Source of the DNA: Octopus vulgaris
Lineage: Eukaryota
DNA: 64,000 bases
Reading direction: 5' to 3'
NCBI GenBank assembly: GCA_951406725.2
Contig: OX597817.1
Location: 126,418,001-126,482,000 of the forward strand
Below are positions 53,047 to 64,000 of the stretch, piece by piece. The notes below the pieces were generated by a model. That model was given only the letters and a program-made list of their open reading frames with translations. It searched no databases and had not been told where the DNA came from. The translations under genes and the position numbers were made by a program. Position 1 is the first letter of the stretch; each line of letters begins with the position of its first letter.

Positions 53047-54919
53047 CTAAATGAAAGTAAAATTAAGATGGGGAACTATGTGCTGTCAAGCAGCAAATTT
53101 GAAGGCGTGTGTTGAGTATGATAATTATGGTCTGAGTGAAATGACATGATCTGAACATTCGCCAGTAGATTGATAGAGAGCGTCCACCCTTATTTTATTG
53201 CGGATATGTATGTTGCTTGAATATGTTAGTTTCTTTGTATTTATCGCTTATATGCTTTATTTAAGCCATCATTGTATTGCATCGTCCTGTACTACGCTCA
53301 ATATTTTTGGTTCATATAACGGTAAAGCTGATGATGATGATGATTACAATATCAATAATATCATTATCAACACCATCATTATTATAATTATTGTTGCTAT
53401 TTGTCACGAAAGTTAAATGTCTTTCGGAATCTCAATCATATTTTTGCATTAATTAATAGCCTGTTTTTGTTTTTCTTTTGTTATTGATTTTCATTTTCTG
53501 TCTCGTTTCTCTATTTCACCATAACCGCCAAGGACTAAACAAGGATTTTATTACACGAATTAAGGGCAAAATTTTATGGGAAAGACATTTTGCGATACAT
53601 AAAAACGTAATTTCAAAATAGCATCGTGTTCCTCGCCAATCTGAGAATGGATGAAGGTAAGAAGCGATTTGAAGGTGATTTTGTCTTTCGCAATCAACTT
53701 CTCACATCCACTTATTCAGATGCAATTAAAAATATCAACAGTCATATGAGTAGCAGCAAAAGCAGCATGAAAAACAAGAATACCAAAAGAAGTAGCAACA
53801 AGAACAAGAACAACGACGACAGTAACAAGATTAAAAGTGGAAAACTCACTAAAATGTGAAGCAAAGACAGTCTAAAAATAACCAGAAGCAGAAAATCTTA
53901 TATTCTCAACAGAATTGCTACTACCGGTATCATTGTCGCCAATAATATATGAATTAAGAGTAGCAGCGACAACGATGGTTGTATACTATCAACAGCATTA
54001 CAAATTCAACGCAAAATATTTCTTTTGCAAAACTCACAAACATGTTCGGTGGAAGTTCACTAGAGAAATATAAACATTGAAGAGTGGGTGGCACAGAGGT
54101 ATATAAACCAAATAAAACAGAGACAAGTTACGCTAAATTATCTACAGATTATGCTAGACGAAAGAGAGTAGACAATGTCAAAATGTCAAACGTTAGAGTA
54201 CATATATTCAGTAGCAAATGTTTTCTTAAGTAATATGTAGCCTGACTATTATCTTCTGAATCCTGCCCACTAATTTGAGTATATCAAAATTATTTTCAAC
54301 GCGGATTCCCAGGCACAAACGTTTTCCACTATCCCACTGTAAACGGATGTTTTCACATTAATACCCATTTACCTGCAATGAATGGAGAGTGATTTGAGAA
54401 AATTCTTAGACATAGAAGCAGATCGAAATTACAAGTGGGTAAATGAGTGGCTTAGGAAAACTGCCACACTCTTTTAGAAATAGAAAAAGTGATTTTATGA
54501 TCATAGTTGAGTCGAGTACAAGAACTCCTTTTGATTATTGCCAAATATGAACACTTGACAAAAGCAGTCTTAATAATAAACCCGTGAAATGAACCTTCCC
54601 GTTTCGGACACCTCAGACGTATCCTGTGGCGAAAGGGACAGTGTGGAACCTAAGTTGCAAAAGGTTATTAATGCAAAAAGAAAGAAAAAGACACAAAAGA
54701 GACCAACAAAAACATTTCTACGTTGATAAGCAACACTTCAGTGAGGATGCTCAATGCTAAAAAAAGATCTGCTACAACAGTACTGCCAAAACTATCATCC
54801 CTATAATCTACAACATTATTTTCGTGTTTTTTAATTTGTTTTCTTTATACGCCCAACATATGCAATACATCGTTTTCAGGGTTCTTTTCTAATTCCAAAT
54901 ATTATCTCCTCTTAAGCAA

Positions 54920-55065
54920 AGGCGATGTCTAGCCAAAAAAGGTGAATAGCCCATCCTACTCAAGGAGTTCTTTGTTTAGGGATGATGAACAAAACACCTA
55001 TGTTTCCAGAGGTGAATTATTAAAATCCCAAATAATTCTACTCAACACGTAGCTGTCCCCCAATT
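54920..55065. repeat. Interspersed repeat fragment, related to 55810-55930
   Basis: Shared ccatc..actcaa.g...ttgttta.ggatgat..a.t.aaa.ac..at.tttc.ag.gg block. Confidence 0.45.
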
Positions 55066-55107
55066 GTTATTATTATTATAATTTATTTTTATTATTATTA
55101 TTATTAC

Positions 55108-55147
<40 letters not shown>

Positions 55148-55189
55148 ATTTATTTTTATTATTATTATTATTACTATTATTATATGAAA

Positions 55190-55465
55190 CCTCAGTTTAT
55201 TTTGCAGGTTATGATAGAAAGTGTCAGCTGTCCTCAGTCAGCTGACCATTATTATGGTCAAGAACTTAGCGAAGAATTCTTGCAGTTCCAAGAAATGCTG
55301 ATTTGTGTAGCTGTTCTACGTTCACACCTGCAGCAATATTTTTCACCCATGTTTGTAGGTGAGTGTTGATAATCCCAAGTGCACCAATTGCTATTGGTAT
55401 CACGACTACTCTTCTTATTGACCCCAAACTTCATACTCCCTCTTCAAATCGTCATAGTTGTTTAT
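55190..55465 (-). mobile_element. R4/Dong-like LINE extreme 3' end
   Basis: RVVVIPIAIGALGII..LHKSAFLGTARILR*VL. Lies between (ATT)n and (CTT)n/(ATT)n tracts. Confidence 0.75.
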
Positions 55466-55480
55466 TTCACCTCCTCCTCC

Positions 55481-55481
<1 letters not shown>

Positions 55482-55512
<31 letters not shown>

Positions 55513-55552
55513 CTTCTTCTTCTTCTTCTTCTTCTTCTTCTTCTTCTTCTTC

Positions 55553-55635
<83 letters not shown>
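55482..55635. repeat. (CTT)n + (ATT)n microsatellite
   Basis: Direct reading. Confidence 0.95.
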
Positions 55636-55636
<1 letters not shown>

Positions 55637-56319
55637 GCGAGAGAACATTCGCCATCAAAGTGACGCAAATATAATGGATTCAAATATAAGAAGGCCAATA
55701 TACCCTCACCCCATCATGATAACACGTCTGATAAGTGTGCAGTAAGCAGGGTGATCTCATATCAAGAAATATAGCACAAGGTGAGGACTATTTAGAATTT
55801 TCTTGGGGTCGAGTTGTCCATCTCACTCAAAGGGTCCCTGAACAGCAGTTGTTTAAGGATGATTAATGAAATACTCATATTTCTAGGGGGGACTTATTCA
55901 CCCTCCCCGCCCCACATTAATTTTCAAAACATTGCTATGAAGTACTCTTACTGCTCGTGATGCGAGATACTCATATCCTCATCTTCTAAGAGACATACCC
56001 AACTGGTTGTGGTCAACTTGCTAAGAAGCAAAGCTGCTTTATTGAGCAGAAAATCTGCTGCAGTCTATCTTTTCCACGGGGCCAAAACGTGCATATGTTA
56101 TCACTCAGGTTAAAATCAGGAGACATGAGAACTACTGCCCTGTATTACATGATGGCATTTCTTGTTATTGCTAACATCGTCTTCCTCCTCCTCCTGGTCC
56201 CCCTCTCCCGCCTTCTTCTTCCATGAGAGCCACTGCTTGGTACTGCTTAAGGGCATTTTCTTCTTCTTCTTCTTCTTCTTCTTCTTCTTCTTCTTCTTCT
56301 TCTACTATTACTACATCTT

Positions 56320-56843
56320 CATCTTCTCATTCTTATTTTGCTTTGGCTCAAGTTCGGTCTTATTTCTGGTAGGATTTATGTGGGTAGCGGATTACCACCC
56401 GTGAACTTATGTATCCACAAGTTTTCTGCAGTGTTTCAAGTGCTTAGAACACTCATAATCCTTGCTGTCCCTAAGAGACAAAGCTTCTGGGGAAGCTCTA
56501 CCTGGCATTCATATTTCAATCTCCTTCAGCCATTTCTCTATATCTTTACTTACTGTTCTCAATGCTCCAGTTATTATATGCACGACATTTACTGTCGACA
56601 TATCCCAAATTCTTCCTATTTCAAACGGGCATGTGGGGGCGGAAGATGTCCTCTTTCTTTAGGTCCTGGGATCAAACGGGCGTAAGTAAGCAACTTTGCT
56701 TTTCCTTACCTATAATTGTTATGTCTGGTCGATTATTTTCTAACTTCTTGTCCGTTTGAAAAGGAAACTCGCAGAAAATCTTAAACTTCTCCAACTCTAG
56801 CACCCTTTCGTCTCGATGATTGTACCATGTGCTTCAAATCCCC
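56320..56843 (-). mobile_element. R4/Dong-like LINE REL-endonuclease 3' fragment
   Basis: WYNHRDERVLELEKFKIFCEFPFQTDKKLENNRPDITII..EIGRIWDM..VVHIITGAL..QKLCLLGTARI. Flanked by (CTT)n and (ATT)n. Confidence 0.8.
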
Positions 56844-57006
56844 ATTATTATTATTATTATTGGGGGTGAAGGTGGAGGTCGTAGTAGTAGTAGCAGAAAT
56901 AGCAGTAGTAGTAGTAGTAGTAGTATTAGCATTAGTAGTAGTAGTAGTAGTAGTAGTAGTAATATTAGTAGTAGTAAGGCGAAGAAAAAGAAAATTTCAG
57001 TATATT

Positions 57007-57042
<36 letters not shown>

Positions 57043-58246
57043 AGTAGTTGCTGCTACTGCAATGACATGCGTTTTTATTATCATTCTCATTATCATTATT
57101 AACAATATTAGATTACCAAAAGATCATTCGTTTGATAATGTTTGGACAATCCTGCTAGTAATAGTGCTTATTAATTCCTTTCGGGCTTCCATTTAACTAC
57201 GACTACTCCCAGTTGCATAAAACAGAGCATTTATTTGAAGGAGAGTATTGATAAACGAGAGGTGTCAACGAACTGAACAAACAAATGACAAATTATATCA
57301 ATAAACTGCTTCGAAATTGAATTTTAAACTAAATGAAGAACAACTACAAATGTTTATAAGGAAATGTGTTTATACTTGTTTAGTTTAGAAGAATCTGATC
57401 CCATGCAATATTATAGTCATGGGAATAAAATAAGACTGAGAAGACTTTTAATTTAACCAAGAATTTTATGATTTGCCCACTCGAAGAACAGGAACAGGTG
57501 TACTGTAGCACCTGTATTTTTAAGGCTACAAGTTAATTGCAGAAGGAAGAGTTTTAACAAAAGATTTATAATGTGTGATATTTATTTAAAATGAAGATGG
57601 TGAATTGGCAGATTCGTGTGACTATCAAACAGAATGCAGTTCAATATCATTTCAAAATCCGTATGCCCTGGCTCCTATTCCTGTCGATATCAACATTATT
57701 CGTCATCTTCCCCTTAATCGTAAAATAAAGTTTCAGTAACGGTTCCTCGCATTTCGTTTTCTTTGGGAAACTTAGCTCTTCCCATACGGAGATATTCTGT
57801 AACACATAAATACTCAATACACGCAGTAAGAGATGACAGCGTCCCTGTGATACATCTAGTGTTTTGTGTATAAAACAAGCGGGAAACGTTAAGTTCATTC
57901 ATAGTTGTATTTTCCAGATTACAATATATTTTCTGCTATAAGGAAAGGGGTATATAATGGCGTTTTCAGATCCATGTAAGAATGTTTAACTGATGCAAAT
58001 ATTGGCTGTAGCTTTATTTGTGATGTGGAATATTAAACGTGAAAATATATTTATAACGCCACAGTTGCCATTTTAATTATTTTTAAACAAATTAATTTTA
58101 CTATATTTATTTACAGATGTGCTTTAACTTAATAGTTGTGTATTTAATACAATGCCTAGTGATAGTACCTCTGAGAGTTTATAATCTGTTCAAATTTCGC
58201 TGTTTAAATTCGTCTTTCATAATACCAGCGTCAATAAAACATTTAC

Positions 58247-58612
58247 CGCAATGTATTACGGTTAACAGATTCAACTACTTCCATTCCTCTTAAAATTTCT
58301 GGCGATGTGTCTGATTTGGAAACCATTATTGAATGAAGGAAATACTTAGAGCAAGCATAGTTGTTGCCGGATTTTCTAGATAGACAAATTCGATGGTTTA
58401 TAATTTGAGCGTCAGTTTGTGCATTTCTGGTAACCAAAATTTCAAATGAATGAATTCCCTAATACTATGTTCGTCGGAAACATTACACAACCGGTTATCG
58501 TAAGGGTATATAGAGGATGAATTAAAATACAAACGGAGAGAGGAGTTTTTATCAAACTGTATTGGTTGAATATAGTCTGTAGCTTCCTCGATCAGAAAAC
58601 ACGAAACGTTAG
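58247..58612 (-). CDS. Putative exon of the same unidentified protein (contains a 1-nt frameshift)
   Basis: Acceptor cattgcag| at 58612. Frame 1 reads NVSCFLIEEATDYIQPIQFDKNSSLRLYFNSSSIYPYDNRLCNVSDEHSIR; frame 2 reads GIHSFEILVTRNAQ..ICLSRKSGNNYACSKYF..VNRNTLR. The donor cg|gtaaat (phase 2) joins in frame to 53046. Confidence 0.4.
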
Positions 58613-59289
58613 CTGCAATGAGCATGGATGAGTTAAAATGTAAAACTTGGGGTTTAGTTGTAATGTGTTGATATGTTAGTTTTGCAAATAATCTTGATAA
58701 TCATGTTCTTAATGCAATCTAGCTGTCTGGAATAAATACAATCAGTATGTTTCCAATACAGCGAATCAACAATATAGTAGGGACGCAGCACTTAGTCGCT
58801 ATGAACAGATAGCATTATCATTTGAGTGCATCTATATACTTATTGTATAATAGACGCTGTCACTATCAGAAATAACAACAACATTTAAATGCTCACAAAG
58901 ATTGTGAATTTAAAGCACTTTTTACTTATAGTGAAGACAGGATTAGAGAATACACGTTTGATGCTTATATGTATATTTTATAATTGGTCCTCATACTGAC
59001 ATTGGATGTTATGGTCGATGTAGTTTTTCATGTACTTAATAATGTAGATCATATATAGTGGGCTAATTGTAACGACGTCTATATATATAAACTAAGTATG
59101 TGTGTCTCTTTGTCTCTCTGTATGTTGATATGTATATGTGCATCACAAAAACTCGAGAACAACCGAAATGATTTCATTCTAATTTTATATACCTTACTTA
59201 GGGTCCATGCTGTTGCATGGGCAAAACACACATCCTCAGCTTCTTCCCTAATGTGATCGTGGAGCAATCTCTTATCGCTTAAATTATTT

Positions 59290-59520
59290 CACCGGCCTAG
59301 TATACGTGTGGAAAAAGCTAGAGGAAGCATTTGACCAAACTGCCTTCTTCCAACTAGAGGAGGATCTGTGATGATCCGGTGAGCAATATCTTAGAAATCC
59401 GCCGGCCCAATGGTTTCCCTTCATGGCAGAATTAATGATCAAGACTATTTAAGCATTTTATCTAATCAAATTCATCCTATGGTTGCGGAACTGTTTCTGG
59501 AGGGCAACGCCATCTTTCAG
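59290..59520 (+). mobile_element. Tc1-like transposase fragment
   Basis: VYVWKK.EEAFD..CLLPT, GGSVMI..AIS.KSAGPMVSLHGRINDQDYLSIL..IHPMVAELFLEGNAIFQ. Confidence 0.85.
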
Positions 59521-60207
59521 ATTATCATAGGCTATGTTGATACAGTTTTTATAACGTCTATGTGCGTGATTTCGTGTTGGTTTAAACATGAACAAAAAGT
59601 ATGTAATTCGTTATTTACACTTTCACGCTTAGCATATTTTTCAAAACATGGCGCAATTGTCACTCAGTTGTTTTTACTCAACTCAGTACATATAGGTTAT
59701 ATTAATATTCAATTTTTATCAATGCAATAGTGTTTATTATAGTCACTTAAACTAGACTATAAAATTCCCATATCACTTCAGCAACAGCTTCGCCTCATGT
59801 ACATTATGTTTGACATGCTTCCATATCACATCAAAGACAAAAAGATCAAAGTAACAAGTAATAAATTCAATAGTGAATCTGAAGGTAGTGTGCAAAAGAT
59901 TATATTTTTCAAAGTAGATCGACGCAACCGCGCCCAAAACAAAACAAAAAAAAAAGTATTCCAAAACAAACATGTAAATATAAGAACGTAACCAATGACA
60001 CTTATATTTGCAACACCAACATGGCTATATCGACAAAAAAGTAAATAAATTGATATGTGTGTGAATATATAAATATATATATATATATATACAGAATATA
60101 TATATATATACATACATATATATATATACACATATATATACATATATATATATACACATATATATATATACATATATATATACCTACATATATATGTATG
60201 CATATAT

Positions 60208-60501
60208 ATCACCGTCACCGTCAGATGTTATTTCACATCGCTGGTTACAATGCGTTTCGCATTGTTTTAGTCTTCAAATGACGCTACCTCGCTGGTTAAG
60301 CGAGCAGGCCAACAGAAGAACGAGTGAGAGAAAGTTGTGGCGAAAGAGTGCAGCAGGGATCGCCGCCACCCCTGCCAGAGCATCGTGGAGCTTTATGTGT
60401 TTTCGTTCAATAAACACTCACAACGCCTGGTCTGAGAATCGAAACCGCGATCCAACGACTGCCAGTCCGCCGCCCTAACCACTGGGTCATTGCGCCTCCA
60501 C

Positions 60502-60502
<1 letters not shown>
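60208..60502 (-). mobile_element. tRNA-derived SINE family A, longer copy
   Basis: Minus head tgtggaggcgcaatgacccagtggttagggc..cgcggtttcgattctcag; matches 11121-11334. Confidence 0.85.
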
Positions 60503-60584
<82 letters not shown>

Positions 60585-60644
60585 ACCGTTTAAATGTGTG
60601 TGTGTGTATATATATATAACATATATATACATATATATATTCTT

Positions 60645-61030
60645 TTTTCTTTTACTCTTTTATTTGTTTCAGATATCATGCCTGCGGCCAAACTGGAGCT
60701 CCACCTTTAGCCGAACAAATATACTCCAGGGCTTATTCTCTGTACGCTTAGTCATTGTTCTAATGGTCACTTCTGCCAGACCGGTACGTTACGTGGACGT
60801 AAACACACTAACATTAGTTGTCAAGTGACGGTGGGGGGACAAATACATACACACATACACACGCATATATGTATACGATGGGCTTATTTCAGTTTCCGTA
60901 TACCATATTCACTCACACGTATTGGTTACCTCGAAGCTATAGTAGATGACGCTTCCTCAAGGTACCACACAGAAGGACTGATCCCAGAACCATGTGGTTG
61001 GTAAGCAAGCTACTTACCACACAAACACGT
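60645..61030 (-). mobile_element. SINE family B copy
   Basis: Matches 20604-21003 (ggacgtaaacac, tcagtttccgt, gcaagctacttaccacaca). Confidence 0.8.
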
Positions 61031-61699
61031 ACATATTAATGTTTGTATTTCTGTTACAATAGATGCAATTTTACATTGAATTGAAATATTACTCAATATG
61101 ATATTATAGAGTACAAATTTATTTCTCTGTAGCAAAAATAGACTTAATAGAGACTTCGAAGTTTCCCATTCTAAGCTATACACCGGGCCGTGCTGGCTCA
61201 GCTGCTCGAAACGTCGAATATACTGTCAATACTCTCCTTGTTTGAGAATTCTCTATCTATATATCTGTCTGTCTGTCTGACTGCCCGTCTGTCTGTACGT
61301 ATGCATGGGTGTATTTGTGTATGTGTGTGTGTGTGTGTTTGTCTGTGTGGATATATATAAATAAATACATATTAAGATTCAGCTGAATTTTGTAGAGATA
61401 TCGAGGCAGTGTATTAGGTCTGAGTAACATGTTTATACTCAACAATATTAATTAGGCCTGAGTAATATGCTTACTCAACAGTATTAAGAGAATATCAGAC
61501 CTGGTTCATAAGTCTACAAAATTATCAACAGTGATACGACGATACGTCGGCTTAATCATGGCAAAATGGCCAAGGCATAACGTAGTAATAATGGAGAGAT
61601 TGATGGGGAGGTGATGATACTGAGAAAAAGATAGCAGAATTTACTTAGATTCATTAGTAGCGAAAACGACATCTGGTAACTCCGAATATAAAATATAAA

Positions 61700-64000
61700 C
61701 TGTAAGTGTATATAATATTTAAAGAAATATAATATATAAAAGAATATATATTTTTTTTAAATGTAAAGATTATAAAATATCTAAAAGTATAAAAACTAAT
61801 CAAATAAAATATACAAACATAGGAAAAATGCAGATATATAAAAATATAATTAATATAAAAATATGTAAGAAATTATAAATGTATATATGTATAAAAGAAA
61901 TTATAACAAGAATATAATTTTAAATAAAGAGGTAGAAATAAAAATAAACATACCAGAATTTAATGTAAATAAAGCTACAAGTGAGAAAAGGTTTTACAAA
62001 TGTTTGTAAGGTATACAATAAAAATACATAAAGATAAATAATTAATAATAGTTAATAGAAGGATACATTTTGTACTCTGGGGAAATGCGAAATATAAAAA
62101 CCACTGGTACTAAAGATAAAATCATATTTTTTATCACCATATATGGAAGGAATTGATTTAGGAAATAGGTAGATACATATTGTAATAATTAATAAGGTGT
62201 AAATTTTCTGGGCTATATCATTTTAAGTTATCAATAATTATTTCTTAATTTAAGTCATAGAATAATCATTTCAACTCAAATGTTTTATTAAGTCAAATCA
62301 CGATTGGGTGTTATAAGTATGATTTACAAAATGTATACTAGATCTAGTAGATCATATAAGTATTATTAAAGGTAACCAGCAATGGAATGTTGATATGTTA
62401 AAAAGAATATTAAAAAATCTGATACTTCAAGATTATCAAAAAATTGTCAAAATTTACGAACGGTTACAATGATTCAACAATGATTCAACAAATAATAAAC
62501 TATAACGGAAGAAGGATATAATTAGGAAGAGAAAAGCAAATAACAAATTAAGAAGTAAAAATAAATTAATGAAGTAATGCAGTTCTATTGGAAGGACGTT
62601 ATATTAATTGCTATATAGAGTTTCAATGTTTAACCAATGGAGTTATAAACTCAGTATTCCATGTAAAGTTAAGAGATTAAATATATGGAATATCACAATT
62701 TAGAAAGAGGAGTTTCAATGTATAAGGTATAAATGAATTGGGTGGCGAACAAGTTATTCATACACCATTGTTTGTTATATAAAGAAATAATATTATACCT
62801 GACTATATCATTTTTCTCAGTATTCAGATTTTTACTAAAATAGACTCTGTCAGCCTGTCTGTTACCTCCCGAACATCTAGATAAATTGTTATTTACGCTA
62901 TTTATGCAATTTGTATAAGTGTTTATATTATTGTTAGTATTGACCTTATTCATCCCATTTATATCATCGCAATTATTAGGTATACTAGACATTATTCCCT
63001 CTTTAATATATATATTCTACAAATATTATATATCTGGCTCTCAATCCCAATATATCTAGACCTATATGCTAGGATAGTTGAGCGTCTGGCCTTATGTTCA
63101 TTTTTAATAATTTATCATTATGCCTAGCGTCGCTATTTGTATTAGGTGAACTATTAGAATAGACAATATTCATAATATTGTTCGATTTAGTCTTAGCTAT
63201 CTGACTCTTTTGTTAAGTTAATATTATAGGCTTCAGAGCTCTCAGGCTGAGAAAGTGACTTTTAGGTAGGAAGTGTCTATTAGACAGGCGAAGAAAATGA
63301 CAGTTAAATAGATACACACCTCAAAACAAGAATCAAAGTTGCATCTTGCCTTTGTTAGAGCAGATTTATATGAGTGAGAATATGGGTTAAATATATCTAT
63401 ATTTTTTGATAATTGCGTAATTCCTTTCAAAATTTCATTTATTAGTGATTTTAATACATTAGGGGATGGCTTGAGGATCTCTTTACATACCAAATAATCT
63501 CCTCTGGTTTTCTATATGGATGATATAAAAAAGAATTTATATTCGATGCGGTGTTTAAGAAAATAACTACTTTTTTCTCCAAAAGTGAGAAGTAGGTTAA
63601 AGTGTTTCAAACATTTTCTAATTTTCTTCCTCATTCTTTCTATAACAGCCTTACTAATATTTGGCATAATAATTAATGCGTCTTCTCTACATAGGCCACC
63701 ATGCAGTTCAAGGAATTCTTTACTAGGACAGTGTAGGTGATAAGCACCAGGTAAATTCGTAACCTGAGCTGAGTCGCTTGAACCCATGGCTATATCAAAA
63801 TTATCAGATTTGTCACTTCTTGAGTTTACCCTCAAATTAGATAATGCTTTTCCTACCTAAGAGAATAATATGTATTTTATTCCTACTCAAATGAGAGAAG
63901 CCTTTACCAAAAGTCATGGACTTATTCAGAATAGGGGAGATGCTAGAATAGTAACTTTGATATCAAATTGCATGAAAGAGTATTTACTTAAATTATCAAT
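61700..64000 (-). mobile_element. Penelope-like retroelement, decayed RT to GIY-YIG ORF (runs off the window)
   Basis: MQFDIK..YYSSIS, FDIAMGSSDSAQV..GGLCREDAL (GLYRDD)..IERMRKKI, PSPNVLKSL..IFN..YKSAL, VICFSLP (IIWFNPP) and QWFLYFAFP..KCIL. Confidence 0.8.

Noticed and set aside
57647-57902. Two overlapping minus-strand ORFs between the putative exons
   Set aside because: The available acceptors give stops in the required phase and there is no good donor.
58400-58460. Programmed -1 ribosomal frameshift in the putative exon
   Set aside because: No in-frame X XXY YYZ slippery heptamer; an indel is the simpler explanation.
59773-59973. Signal-peptide-like ORF start MFVLEYFFFCFVLGAVAS as first exon
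   Set aside because: The hydrophobicity comes from a T-run, and there is no convincing phase-1 donor.

Overview
AT-rich, repeat-saturated eukaryotic DNA. The tRNA-derived SINE families and the (TA)n/(CA)n/(ATT)n load look like an octopus (coleoid cephalopod) genome; this is inferred from recognition, not from a search. Almost all listed ORFs are microsatellite artefacts or decayed transposon frames. The window holds a decayed hAT-like DNA transposon with long TIRs (178-3502), several R4/Dong-like, RTE, CR1 and Tx1/L1 LINE fragments, mariner and Tc1 relics, non-autonomous Helitron-like units and about ten SINE copies. It also holds an unusually dense set of Penelope-like element (PLE) pieces. 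Several PLE terminal repeats carry hammerhead-ribozyme motifs, form long fold-back palindromes and abut (TA)n tracts. One PLE family has a terminal repeat built as tRNA-like head + (AAT)n + minimal hammerhead, and in one copy that (AAT)n has itself been invaded by an R4/Dong LINE. Two phase-compatible minus-strand exons (58247-58612 and 52864-53046) suggest an unidentified host glycoprotein gene with a 1-nt frameshift. No intact, recognisable protein-coding gene, rRNA, bona fide tRNA or CRISPR array was seen.
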